From contig NC_045138.2 of assembly GCF_008831285.2 (NCBI RefSeq), positions 15,438,001 to 15,502,000 of the forward strand: a stretch of DNA of 64,000 nt. Direction: 5' to 3'. The position numbers were made by a program, and so were the translations under genes. Below, one piece after another: positions 38,780-52,609 of this stretch. Numbering within the stretch: the first letter of the stretch is position 1; every line of letters starts with the position of its first letter. Below the pieces are notes generated by a model, which saw nothing but the letters and a program-made list of their open reading frames with translations, did not search any database and was not told where the DNA came from. Source of the DNA: Nymphaea colorata. Its lineage: Eukaryota.

Positions 38780-40517
38780 CAACAGGGGAGGCCTGGATGT
38801 GTATATATAACGAACGGGAGGGAGGGAGAGGAGGGGAGGGGAGGGGAGAGGAGGGGATGGCTTGCTTGCAAGGAGAGGGAGGCAGAGAGGGGTATTCAAG
38901 TAGAGCCAAGAGCGATTGAATGGAATTGAAGGATTGGTAGAAGACGAGTGTAAATCACCCTGGAAAACGTATTAATTGTTGAAAAATCCCAAGATGTTTG
39001 CAGGAGGAAATTGCAGTAAATATTGCAATTACAAGTGCAGGCTGCCTTCATTCATTGCTCAGATAGTCGGTGAAACATGAAGGCTAAGCCAACTGCATCT
39101 CCTCTCCATGATGAAGGCCTTAACACCAAGCACACCACTCTACCTCTTTCATATGCTGCAGATATCAAGCAGGCTCATGCAACAAAGTACAAGTACATGG
39201 GGGCTGGACTTCCTCTTGGTCTCTCTGGCCCAGCCTTTGGGCAGTACCCCCTTTGCTATTTGGTCACAAACTTGGCTCCTTCCACTTGGGCATATATAAT
39301 GTGGGGCACCGTTTGAGATGGGCCTGGTGTGGTGTTCTTGTGTGGGACACATCAATATCAATGAGGACATTGAAAGTGCTCCTGCTTTTACATGACAATG
39401 TCTACTTCACCATATTTTTACCCGTCGTTTTCACACCCTCTTATTTAGGACTCTCTCTCTAAATCCAACTGTGCTCCACCAAACATATAAGCTGCGCCCA
39501 CACGCAAATGCATGCATGAATGCAAGAATATGTGTGTCTCTGTGTGCCTGTGTGCTTGGATGCGAAAACAGATGCATACCAACTCGCTGCAAAGCAGCCA
39601 AGAGAAACTGCATTAAGGAAAATTCTGTTGGTCTATTCTCTTAATGAGCAGTAAGAAATTAACAAGTGTATTATCTTACTGTCATTTGGAAAGTTTCCAG
39701 CTTTTTGTTCTTGCTTATTGTATTGGCTTTTGAATGCCAGATCATGCAGACTGAGTATTGAACTCTTGACGGTCTCAGTTTTGGGGCCTTTGGACCAATC
39801 ACTGAGCCAGGGAAGACATTGACAAGTTGGCAACAGATGGAGATTGGTGGCTTTGGAAATGACATGATATTATCATACATCAATCTGTACACTAGTTCTG
39901 CTGATTGTCCACAACTATTTACCTACAAAAATTATGATGGAAGTGGTTAACCTAAGCTAAAGAAAGAGGAAGCAACCCCTTTGCCAAAAAGATGAGCATC
40001 ATAATGGGAAGCTCAACCTTTCTGGTGAACAGTGATTAATTAGCACACAGCTTTCATGAATATAAGATATTTGTTCCATAAATTTAAGATATTCTCCCAC
40101 ATAATTACAGCTTCCTTCATCCTTTATGGCTTCATATTGCAGCTACCCTATTAAAAGGAACAGGCACATGCTGCTGTTAATTATTTTGTAGATCCAAAGT
40201 TTTGTTTTTTTAATAAGCCAAGCCAAGTCATCAGAGGAGAATGATGAATCTCAGCTTGTAGATCTTGCTTATAAATTCTCTCCATCTTCTTCATTTTTTT
40301 TTCAAGTTGTCATGGTAACAAGGTGGCTTGATCATGTGATTCCTTGAGTCAATGCTTGAGCTGTAAAGGCTATGGCCCCTGTTTTTAATTTGGGCACCTC
40401 CAATAACATTCAATGAGACCAATTCCAATATAAAACAAGCTCCTCTTCCTGCCAATGTGAGTTTGTTGACCAACCCATTACAGCTCTTCAAGGTTACATC
40501 CCCATCTCACCATAATG

Positions 40518-40567
40518 ATGATGATGATGATGATGATGATGATCATCATCATCATCATCATCATCAT
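40518..40567. repeat. Perfect 50-bp palindrome (ATG)8-AT-(CAT)8
   Basis: A (GAT)n tract switches to (CAT)n across a central GATC, making the stretch self-complementary. Confidence 0.92.
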
Positions 40568-42195
40568 GACCATGAAGTGATGTTGATGATGATAATCCAC
40601 CATCAGAGTAATGAAGCACTGAATGTTTTGGGCCTAAGTGCTTGTTATCTCCCCATGCAATAAATGGTGCAACGTCATGGAAAGCTGGCCGGAGATAAAG
40701 GGCCTTTAAAAGGCCAATGCATTTAGTTGCGCCATAAAAGATGGATGAGCCTTCGGTAGGGCGTTGCTTGATCCATATGGGCATCTCATAAAAGAGGAAG
40801 TTGATGATTGCCCCGCCTATGTCACTTGGATCTCTTTCGTCTCGATGATGACACATACAATATACGATCGTTCTCTCCGCTCCGCCCTTTGTTTCTCTCC
40901 AATACTTATCTTCTCAACCAACGTCCTTGGCATAAACTGCTCCACCTTTCTCTCTCTAGGAGTTCCTTTATGGCTATGATTTAAGATTTAATGTGCAGTT
41001 CAAAACTAAGTAAACGACTAATAAATGCATCTAAGAGAACACCTGCAACTATGGGCTTTTAAAGAGGGCCATGTCGTGGGCCTAACGAAAATGGACACAC
41101 ATACACATGGCCTACATGTATGATGTATGCATGTCATGTGTACATGCGTGCTGTTTGTGATTGGCAGCATTACACAAGATCTGGGTAGGGAAAAAAAAAA
41201 TTGACATGGTGTTCTCAATTTCACAAAATTAACTTGGTGAGGTCAAGCCACCATCTTCCGGCCGGCCATTATTATTGCTTGTACACGGGAACACACACAT
41301 ATATATATATATAAAGACATAAACGAGACACTTAAGTCAGGGATAGAACCCAGACCCTTTAATTTTTTGCTAAAAAATTATTTTGAAAGACACATAAACA
41401 TCCTAATATGTTTATAAAGCCTATTTTGATATAAAACATGCTTTCAATTAAGTTGTTTTCATGAAAAACGTTGAACTTTCTATTATCAAAATGTTGATGC
41501 TACGAGAGCCATTCATTTTGTTTATTATTATAAAAACACTATAAAAACCCAAATCTAAATGGTCAACTTAATATGCATTTTGCATCAACCTATCCTTAAA
41601 ATCATATTGGTAATGTTATATTAAAGAAAACATTTTAAATATCATATCTAATGGGTTTGGTTTTTGTCCCTGATGTATATATATATATATATTGAGATAG
41701 AAGACAAATGGTAGCAGAAATATGTTGAGATAGAAAATCTATGTTGGTTGTGATTGCCTCATAAATGGTCATAGCTGGTGAATTGTCATCTTTGGAATCT
41801 AAACCATATCTACCACTGCGATCATGGCTGTGAAAGTTGAAAGATGTGAGAAGTCAACCCTTCGTTACGGATTAAAGTAAGGGTTGCTTGCATGATTTCT
41901 TTTGAATTAACTTCAGATCATGAATCTTTGACTTTCATAATATTAATTTTGTATCAAGTTACTACCGAGGTGCACCTCCTTACTTGGGAGTCGAAATAAA
42001 GAGGGGGGGGAAAGTTTTTTTTCCAAGAAACGATAATTTACTATTGCATCTCCTTCGTTTGTATGTCAAACCTGATCTCATTCGGACTTCATTTCTGTTC
42101 TACTTTAAGAAAGTTGGAAATTGCTGGCAAGGAAATCCTTTAAACGGAAGCCTCAAAATGATCAATTAACAGGATAAGAGTTCAAATTTTCAATG

Positions 42196-42277
<82 letters not shown>

Positions 42278-42808
42278 CCAGGACTCAGATTTTTTAGAAG
42301 CAAACCAAATTCCATTTAGCTCAAGTCCAATTGCACATTTTTTTGTTGGATAGGGGCCCCAAGCATTATTTTCAGCTTCAAGTAAACGGGTCCGGACTTT
42401 GCTAGCCTGATTGCAAACAAATCAAATCTGCTACATGAAAATGCATCGGATGTCAAGTTAGAACTGGATCCGAATTGTTATCTCAAATTTTGTAACCAAA
42501 ATTTAATCTAGAAGTGATATTTGTCGCTTGATCTTGCAAAACTTGGGAGTCTATATCATCGATTTTAAGGAGATTAAACGGTGGAGATTAAGTTACAAAT
42601 ATATAAGATGAACTGTTGTCTTGAGTACCCTTTAAGGAGAGACTAGAGATTGTGTTTAAGAGAACTCTTTTATTCCACCATCCCCCACTTTGTTTCATTT
42701 TTCAAGGATATTTTATGCTCTTAAAAAACAAGTTGTCTTATGTATTTGCAACTTAATCTGTATGCTTAAATGGTTCCCATATGAGGATCCGACGGCTACG
42801 TGTTTTCC

Positions 42809-42840
<32 letters not shown>

Positions 42841-43313
42841 ATTATATTCAGATTTATGGTAATTCTATTTATTTGGCCTAAGAAAAGATAAATGATATGG
42901 ATGTAATCTATATGATTTTCTAAAATTTAACATGAGATTGCTTGACTAAGTATTTATAATATATAACCGATCCCGTGGCCTAAGATTTTCACAAATAACT
43001 TTGGCCTATAAAATGTAATTTGGGCGTGGCAACATATGTGAATAACCACGAAAACTTTTAGTTGTGGTGTACACGTAAGCGATACTATTATTAATGGTTA
43101 TGGATATGAAAAATTTTCCAATTATTGGTAGAAGTCCGCGACTTGCAGTACTGTTCTTTTATTATTATTATAATTATGATTATAAAATAGAGAATATAAG
43201 ATGATAGAGGCAGGGCCATGCTGATTATTTGCGATAACAGTTCCTCGATCTTTTTCAAATCAATAAAAAATAACGAGAAAAATGTAATAGACATTTTTAT
43301 GATGTAGTATTAG

Positions 43314-43366
<53 letters not shown>

Positions 43367-45587
43367 GACACACACAGGCCCATGGTTTCTTCTATGATGC
43401 TGTCATTCTGTGTTGCAGCCAATGAGAAAACCTGGACTATCTCACATGACTTTATTTATGGTCCAAAATTGTCAACATTCTCTTACACCCAATCCCTTCT
43501 TTTTGTTACCACATTCACCCAACTTCTTCCTGCATCATGTCTTGACCATAGCGCCATTAATTTCAACATCCAACCACACTGGCCCTCTTTCTTTCTTGTT
43601 CCTCCTAACTCTTCCTTGTCTTAACTGGCTTGGCTTGCATGTTTAACCCCGCAGAGTTGCAGTTTTAAAGTTCGCAAACAAGTCTTAGGCTTTGTTGGTG
43701 ATGCAAAAAACATAGCTGACAAAGTTAGGAATGGGACTCAGATGGGCAACTGACCGGGTCAGCGGGTTGACTCGGTAACTCGGCTGGGTCAAGTACAAAG
43801 AATGGGACTGTCCTCATGCAACCGATTTACCAGACTCTAGCTCTCACTTTTTTTCTATTCTTTTTCTCAAATGATATAATTAACTACCCAATGCTTAAAT
43901 CATTAAAATGTAAAAAAAATATGTTCTCTCCATTGTGTATACACACACACATATATATATAACCAACCAATTCAACTTCTTACTTCTTTGTTTGGTCTTT
44001 TCATATTGATTCAAGAAAAAAAACTAAATCATATCATTAATTTAGTTTTATATCGCCAAAACTCAAATTGGACTTGCAGCCGAGACTGAGCCGAGTCAAC
44101 CGTAGTCAGCAGAGTGTTGGCCGATTCTTGGTGTTGATCGCTTGGATTGTAAGTGAAGGATCCAACTATGGACAAAAGATATGCTTCACTTTGAAAAACT
44201 CCAAGTCAGATTCAACCAGAACCATTTTGAGTTTGTTTTTTCTTCAACGATTTGCTCCCAATTATCCCTTTGAAATGCCTCGAATTTCTTGTGGCTTCCT
44301 AGAGGAAACTTTCTTCTTGGGAACTCAAGAAAAATAATATGAGAATGGGATATTTATTCAGGTTTCAGCTATATTCATATTTAGTTGTTCATTTTACCTC
44401 ATTTTGAAATGTCAAAAAACTTCGTTTTTTACTACGAATACTTAATTTACGAATACTTCCCTAATTAATTATAGAACTACAAATTTATGGGCATTGAAAT
44501 GTAGAATGAACTTTTAATAATAAAATAAAAGATCTCTCTCTCCCCCGAGAAGATGGATAGATTTAGGATTTCAGTCACGCCCATAACATTTCGGCTATAA
44601 ATTGGGTAGTGCCAATTGCCAACTTGCTGAGTTACTGAAATTGACATCTAAACTTAAGATGGCTCATTCGGTGACCATAATAAAATAAAATGATGATTAT
44701 TTGATTTATCAAATTTGGACGAACCATGTGCCACTTATTTTTCATGTCTCAATATGAATTACTATATTTTAGGTGAGCAAGATGAATATTTCATCTTATA
44801 GTTCTCACACTGTGAGCTCAAGTCCCCATCTTCCTTTCATCTCTTGAGTAATGCTCTCACTATGCTCTAGCTTGCATATGATGAGAAGCTGATATTTCAA
44901 AATTTTTTGTTAATAAATTGTCAATATCGCATTCATCATATTGTTTAGGCAATTTTGGCAAATTGATCACACAAATGAACGGTCTTTAGGGTAGACGTTA
45001 AGAATGTATAAAAAGTTGTAGGGTTCACCGACCAACCTTTCTAGACGTAAAGCTGTTTTGTAGCGAATGAAACCTATATTATTCAAAACGTTTAAGTATA
45101 AAAGGTTAGATAAAAGAATTTGGAAAATTCGCATCACGTACGTAAACAACTTTTATAAAAATAAGCTCATCTAAATAAAAGGAAATTTCTACTTTGTATT
45201 TTTCAATTTTTTTTATCTTATAACTTTGAACTTTTCAGATCAAATATACCATTGATTCATAGAAGCAAATCTAGTTAGCCCGTAAAGCTAAGTCTGAAGT
45301 GACATTATAGAAAGATAATGACTGTTAGCATCGAAACCCATATAAAATCTAATTTATATAAATATAAATTATTTTTTTAAATAATATTGAATTTGCAAAA
45401 AAAATAAAATTAAAATACAACTAACCTTTTTATAATCTGTAAGCCAACCAACTATGTTGGAGAAATGATCGGAGTGCACCTGGGGGTTTTCAACCCGAAA
45501 CCGAAAGGGGTTCTTCTGTCATTAAAAAAAAAAAGCAAGGCGGTTTTGGTATTTATCTCAAAGTATGACCAAACATCCCGCGAAACC

Positions 45588-45732
45588 GGGCCCCACCATC
45601 CCCTTCGACCCACAATGAAGTTAGAACGGGCCGGATCGGGCCCCACCCGCAACTTGGATCAACGTGCGGGCCCGATCTGATCCATCAAGTCCGGGTCCAC
45701 CATCTCCCTTGGAATTTGTCACTGGGTCCCAC
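45588..45732. promoter_or_regulatory. Cluster of TCP-type binding motifs
   Basis: GGCCCCAC (45589, 45639), GGGTCCAC (45693) and GGTCCCAC (45725) sit in a small GC-rich island within AT-rich DNA. Confidence 0.45.
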
Positions 45733-48700
45733 AAAACTAAACCGGCCAGAGAAAAAAAATAAATAAAAAGTTTAATTAGAAATCATTGTTGCTGGTTCGC
45801 ACAGCATGTATTTCCAACTTGTCCTCCATCAACAGAGTCACTAATTACTGAGAGGGATCCAAACTCAGAGTCCACAAGGACAAGAACCATTAAATTTCTT
45901 GGAAAACCAAAATCAGGAAAAAGTAAAATCTGAAATGGGGACTAATGGTTTATGGGCATTGATGTTCTTGAGAGAAAAAAATATATGTATATAAAAGAAA
46001 GCACAGGACGCAATGAATTTGCCAGCACATACAATTCATTAATATATTTATTAAATTAATAAATGGATATACAAATAAATGAGCCCCCCCCCCCTTCTTC
46101 TTCCATCTCGGCCAGAAGCATTCATCGCCATTTAAAATGGGCAAGGATTAATGGTGGGGAAAGAGGTTCGGCCAATCCGCCATGAAATTCCCAACCTCCC
46201 TTTATTTAAAGTTGGAGGGGAGAACCAGTTTCAGACGGCAAACGAGGGGAGGAAGATCGGGCCCTCATAATTTTACAGAAAAAGGTTTTTCATTCTTTTG
46301 GCTATTTGGGAGCATCAATGAGGGGGGTGGCAGCTCCACTATACATGCCGCGTATTACTGTGGCGTATCTACAAGAATCCTTAAATGTAGTCGTAAATTA
46401 AAGCACCCTGCATGCCTCTGTGTCATCACTATAAATCTATGGCGTCGTTCCTTTCTATGCTCCCATTTCTCTCCTTCAATGGCATTTACTCTCTCTCTCT
46501 CTCATGGTCATGCATCAGAGAGAGAAAGAGAGAGAGAGAGAGTCCTAAGATTCCAAAGGACAGATGCAGAGGTGATACAAGGGTCATCATCACATTGACA
46601 GCCAACAGGAGTCAGTCTCTGTGCTTTATCTCTTGTAAAAATGACTGTGGACTGAATTGACACCTCAGAAGACAGAGGAGTTGAAAGATAGGGCTAGAAA
46701 ACTGGCGTGACAGACCCAACATGTAGTTTCTCCATGCTGGCTCACCTCATCCTCTTGGCAAGCCCAGCTGAGTTCGGGCTCTTGGCGATCTGGGGCGCGC
46801 TCCAGGAGCCATTGATGCTTTCTTGTCGTACTAAAATTGAGCTCGAATTGAGTGATCTAAGTTACAAATGGTAGGATAAGTTCTCAACTGTAAAGTCATT
46901 ACTTATTAAGACACAGTATATCAGCAGAGATGCATTGCTAGCAGAGGAGTCTTGAGCAGCAACTCATCTCAATTCCCCAGTTCCATTTGCAGGAGACTGC
47001 CTCTACTTGACCCAGTTTAAGCAGAGCCAACTGATAGCTGTCTTGTTCTTTTGCGCGAAACGATGGAACTCCATCACAGATCGTTGCCCTGTTAGGTCAC
47101 TACATTGATGACTGATTAGTAATTCATGGCTGAGATCTTAAGCTTTTACTTCAAGCAATCAAGAGAAATTAACTCAGAGTTGTAATGCAGGGTCCTTGGG
47201 GTTTGGGCATTTGATAATTAAAGTTCAGGATTTAAGGCTCGACCTGATCTTACTGTAACTTGAAATTAAGAGTGGTATCTCAGGCCTGAATAATTTGAAT
47301 GAATGGACTCTTTTGGTTGAATGGTAGCAATTAATTGAAAAGGATTACTTTTTATCTACATGTATGTTGGTCGACTCCTTGAATTGAATGAAGCACAGTT
47401 CGAATTTAGTAAGATTCCAGCCACTGGACCTGATGTTGGTAATTGCATTTGAGCCAAGAATTAAACTTTGATATGACTGGAGATGACAAAAATAATTATA
47501 GTGAGACAGATTTTTATACAGATTGATCCTTCCTATGCAAGCTCTATGACATTTAATGGGCATAACTAGCTAGCCACCGCCAATTAATCGCCTTAAATCG
47601 ATGTATGCTGGTGAAGTGAGTAATGCACAATTACTCAAGAGCAGGTGGCTCTTTTAAATCTCTGAATCGGTTCCTATGGGCCTGAATATCTTCTTTTTTT
47701 TTTTTTCTCTCTCTCTCTCTGAATTGCAATCAGCTTATGTTCCCGAGCTTTGCCACATTATGGTGAAAACTTATTGTTGGTACTGTGAAATCTCCACAGA
47801 CACCAGCCTATGAGGACGCTGGAAAGAGGATTCTTTAACTGTTCTGTAAGAGAGAGCGAGAGAGAGAGAAAGAGGGAGGACCATCATTATCTTTTATCAA
47901 TGTTCACTATAATTAATACCATACATTTATTTAAACAAAGTTGCAGGGCAAACAGTGATGCTGTCGTGACTTTGAAAAGAACCAGAACCAGATACAAAGA
48001 CCAGAATAAATATATCCTTTTTGATGTCTCATCATGAACTAATCCTTCTCTCACTCCATGAAAATTTTAATCTACCAAACACAGCAATGATCTCACATTA
48101 CACATATTTCCTGTCTATAAGGCCCTTTGAACATTTCATGTCAAACATGGGTTCTGTTTCATTCATGGTTAAAGAAGGGACTCCAATCTAAAATCACCCA
48201 GAATCTAGATCATTATATATGAGGGCAATAGAGCCTTCCCAAATGTGTGGTTTCCATCTTCTGCTCAAGATTTACTGCTTAAGGGTCCTAGGCCATGTGA
48301 ACTTGGAAGATCTTAAGCTATTTATGCCCATTAAGGAAGTCAATGGTTTCCAATGAGCAGTTAATGTGTTTCATATGTTGGACCCTGAGATTCATTTATA
48401 TACTCCCATGTGGTGCTCCCCATGAAATTATAGAACCATGGCAGACGAATTTGCATCAGTTGCTTACTTTAGTAATTTGCCTCATCAAAAAATCTGACTT
48501 ATGGGTGTAAGAGGGTTGTCAATGGAGTGGGGTGAGGCTTTGAGGTTCCAACCAAAGCCATGTCCAACTTTCCCACAAACGAGTAAGAAAATTTGGTTCG
48601 GTTTGGAGTTTGTTTGAAATTCAGGATGGGATAGCATGTGTAAGTGCGAGTCTCAATTTCCAAGGTACTTTTCTACAAATTTGTCGGCTGAGTAGGAGAA

Positions 48701-49172
48701 GTATTTCATCATATATCGACAACAAGAAAGCTGAAGCGCCCAACTTTCCTTCATCCTACTAGAATATCAGAGACATTTTACCCTTTTAGAGACTTACTTG
48801 ATTATGAGAAAACTAGTTGGTTCCCTGTAATTTATACCACACATGCATTTAAATCTTTAAATAAATACAGGGCTGATGCAGGTATATATAATTCAGTTTA
48901 GATATTTTAAATTATCTTTAAAAATTTTAGAAAGAGAAAATAGGGCGATCAAGACCAACATGAAACAATTTATACGCAGTATAAGCTAGCATAGTCACTT
49001 CAATAATACCATTATTTACTACGCTAAGACCAATCTAATCAAACAGTTCCAGTCAAATATCTTTCTCGCTTTCAATGTTTGGAAAAGTCACCTAGAAACA
49101 GCAAAAGGACCATGAAGAAGTAGTTTCACCTTAATTAAGAGAATATTTGGTAAAAAGGAACACTGTTCTATT

Positions 49173-49390
49173 GGGTGTTTGGTAATAAGAATACTAGCTT
49201 CTTTTATAATACAATGTTTCATAAATGCGTCTTAAAAAAAGAGAATTTCGGCCACAGTAATATATTGTTACTATTCTATGAATCTATCCTAAGGGTTAGG
49301 GCAGATTTATGAAAATACTACATTCCAAAATAGTCATATTCATGAAAATACTGCCTTCTAAAGAATATATAGTTCTTATTAACGACAGCC
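49173..49390. mobile_element. Degenerate MITE-like element
   Basis: Imperfect inverted termini gggtgtttggtaataagaat ... gttcttattaacgacagcc. Confidence 0.35.
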
Positions 49391-50342
49391 ATCCAATGGT
49401 ACACAAAAACTTGAAAATACTAAGTTTTCATGCTTGCATGATATTTTTTCCCTTATATCGAGCGTTTTATAACCTGCAAAGACCCAGAAATTTTGGTTGG
49501 TTGAAATTTTAAGCATCATAAACTAGTTTAATAACTAATAGTTAGGTTTGAATCCACAATAAAACTCATTTATATAGTAATATAGAAGTATGGAAAAAGG
49601 TGGTTTAAATTGAATTTTTCAGTTTTATTTAACTACGGTTCTCTCACCCAAGTCACATGGAACGGGTGGGTATTGAGTTAATCCTGTTCTTGTACTTGGA
49701 GTGGTTTTAGTTTTATTATAATAAAGCTCTTAATTTTTTTTTATAAAAAATATGAATTTTTTAGAAGTCTAAGATATGCATAACTGTCAGCGGCTTTTAG
49801 TTATTGAAAATTTTCAAATAATATTACTCATGTCCTTTAAATGGATGAACTCGCATTAGTTCGTAGTTAAGATAACTTTGATTAGGTTCACATGGCTAAA
49901 GTCCCAATAAAAAAAAAAGGAGAGATTTTCATCGAATGATTATATACTCAAACTAAGAAACTTTGTTTAATCAAGAAAAAGGTCTGGATCACATCAGTCC
50001 AACGCATAAGAAAGACGCAAAGAATCAATATGGCGCACAGCTCATTAAAATTTTGACTATCTTGGGCATTTGATACACTCAGAATCATGAAATTTAAGAA
50101 TCAAAATGCTCGAAAAAATGTGTTTCTTTAAACAAATTTTTTCATTTCCTTTGAGGTTATTTCATAAACTTAGTTTCTTTGTTTTGTAACTTAATCTCCA
50201 CTATCCATCTTCTTAGAATTTATGGCCTATATGATTGCCATCAAGTTTGGTATATAGAGGCCTAGTAGCTACATGTTTTGAGAGACATAAAAATCTCCAA
50301 AATAAAAAAATACTCTCAAATATCATTTCTTTCTCTTCATAT

Positions 50343-50710
50343 CATAGTCATAAAAAACGTTTTTTTTTCAAAACAAATGAAAAAAAATGTGATAAATAAA
50401 TTAGCAGCTTAAAACTTTAAAAAACACTGTTCAAAAAACATTAGAAAAACATGAAAAATGCACTTCTTTCCTTTTTCCACTTTCTTTAATGCGAAACTAT
50501 ATTTTTCATTTTTTAATTTTTATTTGTTGTAAATCTACTTATTTTTTGATGTTTGCGTTTCAGTTTTTCACTTATTTTATTTTCTCCTCAATTTTAGTTA
50601 ATTTTTGTTTTTAAAAAATTTGTCATATTTTTCCCATTTTGAACTAACCGTACTATGCTAGAAAAAAAAAAACCGAGCCGTTAAAAACCAGAGAGATTTT
50701 TGTGACTATG
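50343..50710. mobile_element. hAT-type MITE, 368 bp, AT-rich
   Basis: TIRs CATAGTCATAAAAA ... TTTTTGTGACTATG with an 8-bp TSD cttcatat / cttcgtat (7/8 match). Confidence 0.78.
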
Positions 50711-50880
50711 CTTCGTATACCAAATCCAATATTCTAAGTACATGGAAACACTTGAGGAGGCGAACTTTAGGATGTATTGCAATTGATCAATAAAGCAGAA
50801 TTTCCTAAAGAAGAAGCTTGGACATGAATGCAAACAATTTCACATTGAAACTTAGAAAAATAAATCTTCAGTTATGTGTC

Positions 50881-50979
50881 TAAGAATGTTAAAGCTACGG
50901 CGTCCAATAACGCTGAAACCCATCATCAACAGAGAGGTTGTATCCACTTAACTTTCTGGGATTCATCACTAGCCGAATA
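50881..50979 (-). pseudogene. Remnant of the 3' end of an older SDR paralog
   Basis: Nucleotide similarity to 54121-54215 (ggttgt.tccact...ggattcatcactagc). It translates as ASDESQ / SGYNLSVDDG, compared with ASDESKYVSGHNLAVDGG in the intact copies, and is frameshifted. Confidence 0.7.
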
Positions 50980-52609
50980 AGAGTTTCATGTATTTTATAT
51001 CTCTTAAGTTGGAAATATGTAGAAGAACAACGCTAGCAACAAGAGCTATTGGCATTATGATCCCGTAAAATAAACGACATATGATTCTCTCTTTGCTACT
51101 CTCCATAGTTGCAAGGCCAAGATACATCCCAGATAACAAACATGAGCAAAACGCCTAAGACTCTTTTGCATCTCACAAACTCAAACGTTGGTAAGTTGAT
51201 CTCAGAGAGAGCAGGTTATAGTTTCAAAAGCTCAGTTAACCTTAGCTGGATACCAATAAAGTGAAGCCCAAGCAGGATCGAGATGCTACTGTAAGCGGTC
51301 GCCATAACTGAATCTGACGAAGAACAGAGAAATTGGCCTGTGAGACTTACTGTTTCAATCCTGTTCTTAAGATCTAAATTGACATCATGGTCATCATTTA
51401 TCATACCTTCTTTACTTCCTTTAACTCATGGTTTTGTGTATTCTATGACTATGATCACTGAATTAAGGCCAAAACATCTTATGTTCGATGTGCTACACCA
51501 CTAGAACCAGGTACTTTTAGGATGGCAAACTATCAGCAGGGGAAGCATGTAGTTTCTGGTGGTGTTTTATGTTCAGAAGGTGCAACACCGAGTGATCTGG
51601 TCTCTTCCTAATTAAGGGAAAACGTAACCTACACATGCTGATTAAGGGAAGCAGAGTCATCATGACATCTACCGAGTAGGAATACAACCATTTGGATCAA
51701 CATCAAAGATCAACAAAAGCTGGAGAATGGAAAGAAGAACCTGAAACTTACATTTGGGTAGCGGCAGAAAGAGGCGACTGTAACAAAGAAATGGGTAAAA
51801 ATTGCAGCTTATCTAATTGTTGTTTCTCTGCTGGATGTGACGGAGCTGATTTCTTGGCTTTCTCATGATATGCCCGGTTGTGATTGTGATAGCTGAAGCC
51901 AGTTACTGGTCATGTACCCAAGATAATGTCCAACTTATGACGATTTCTAAGAAACGTAGTTCTATGATCATCCAACTTATGACCAAGACGATGGTTCATT
52001 TTCTTCACAACATCAATTGCGTAATTCTTAGTACTAGATCAGGCAAAAGTTGACTTCATTGAGCTGATAAACCAATCCTGCTCCATGGTTCATGAAGTTT
52101 ATTAGAAACTCATCCTATATGTATGGTAAGACTTCAGAATTGCCATTGAAGTGGATCCTAACCACAAGTTTAAGCCATGGGTTGGTAGGATCCTGTTATA
52201 TGGTTGGTTCAAGCACATGACGGCAGCACAGTGGGTTATACGCTTCAATTAAATTGGTTGATTGGAAGAATGTCAACTGGGTTTTTCTTTAGCCTACTTA
52301 CAGTGCTTTTAACAAAGATGGATGATAAAGCCAAAGATGATATTTTCTGCCTGAACAATTAGAATATTAGGTACCCAATTTGGAATGACAACTGAAAAAT
52401 TGAAAAACAAAACCTCCTCTACCGATTGTTCCACATTCACCAGAAGATAAGTAATGAGTTGGTTGTTTGACATCACTCTTTCTGGGACCGCAGTTATGGA
52501 TCACTTTTTGAGATGCTGGAGTTATTAAAGAAAGACGGAAAGAAAAACCAAAGATACTATTCACTTGTAATATATATAACTAACCAATTGAAAAATGCTT
52601 GATCTGTAC

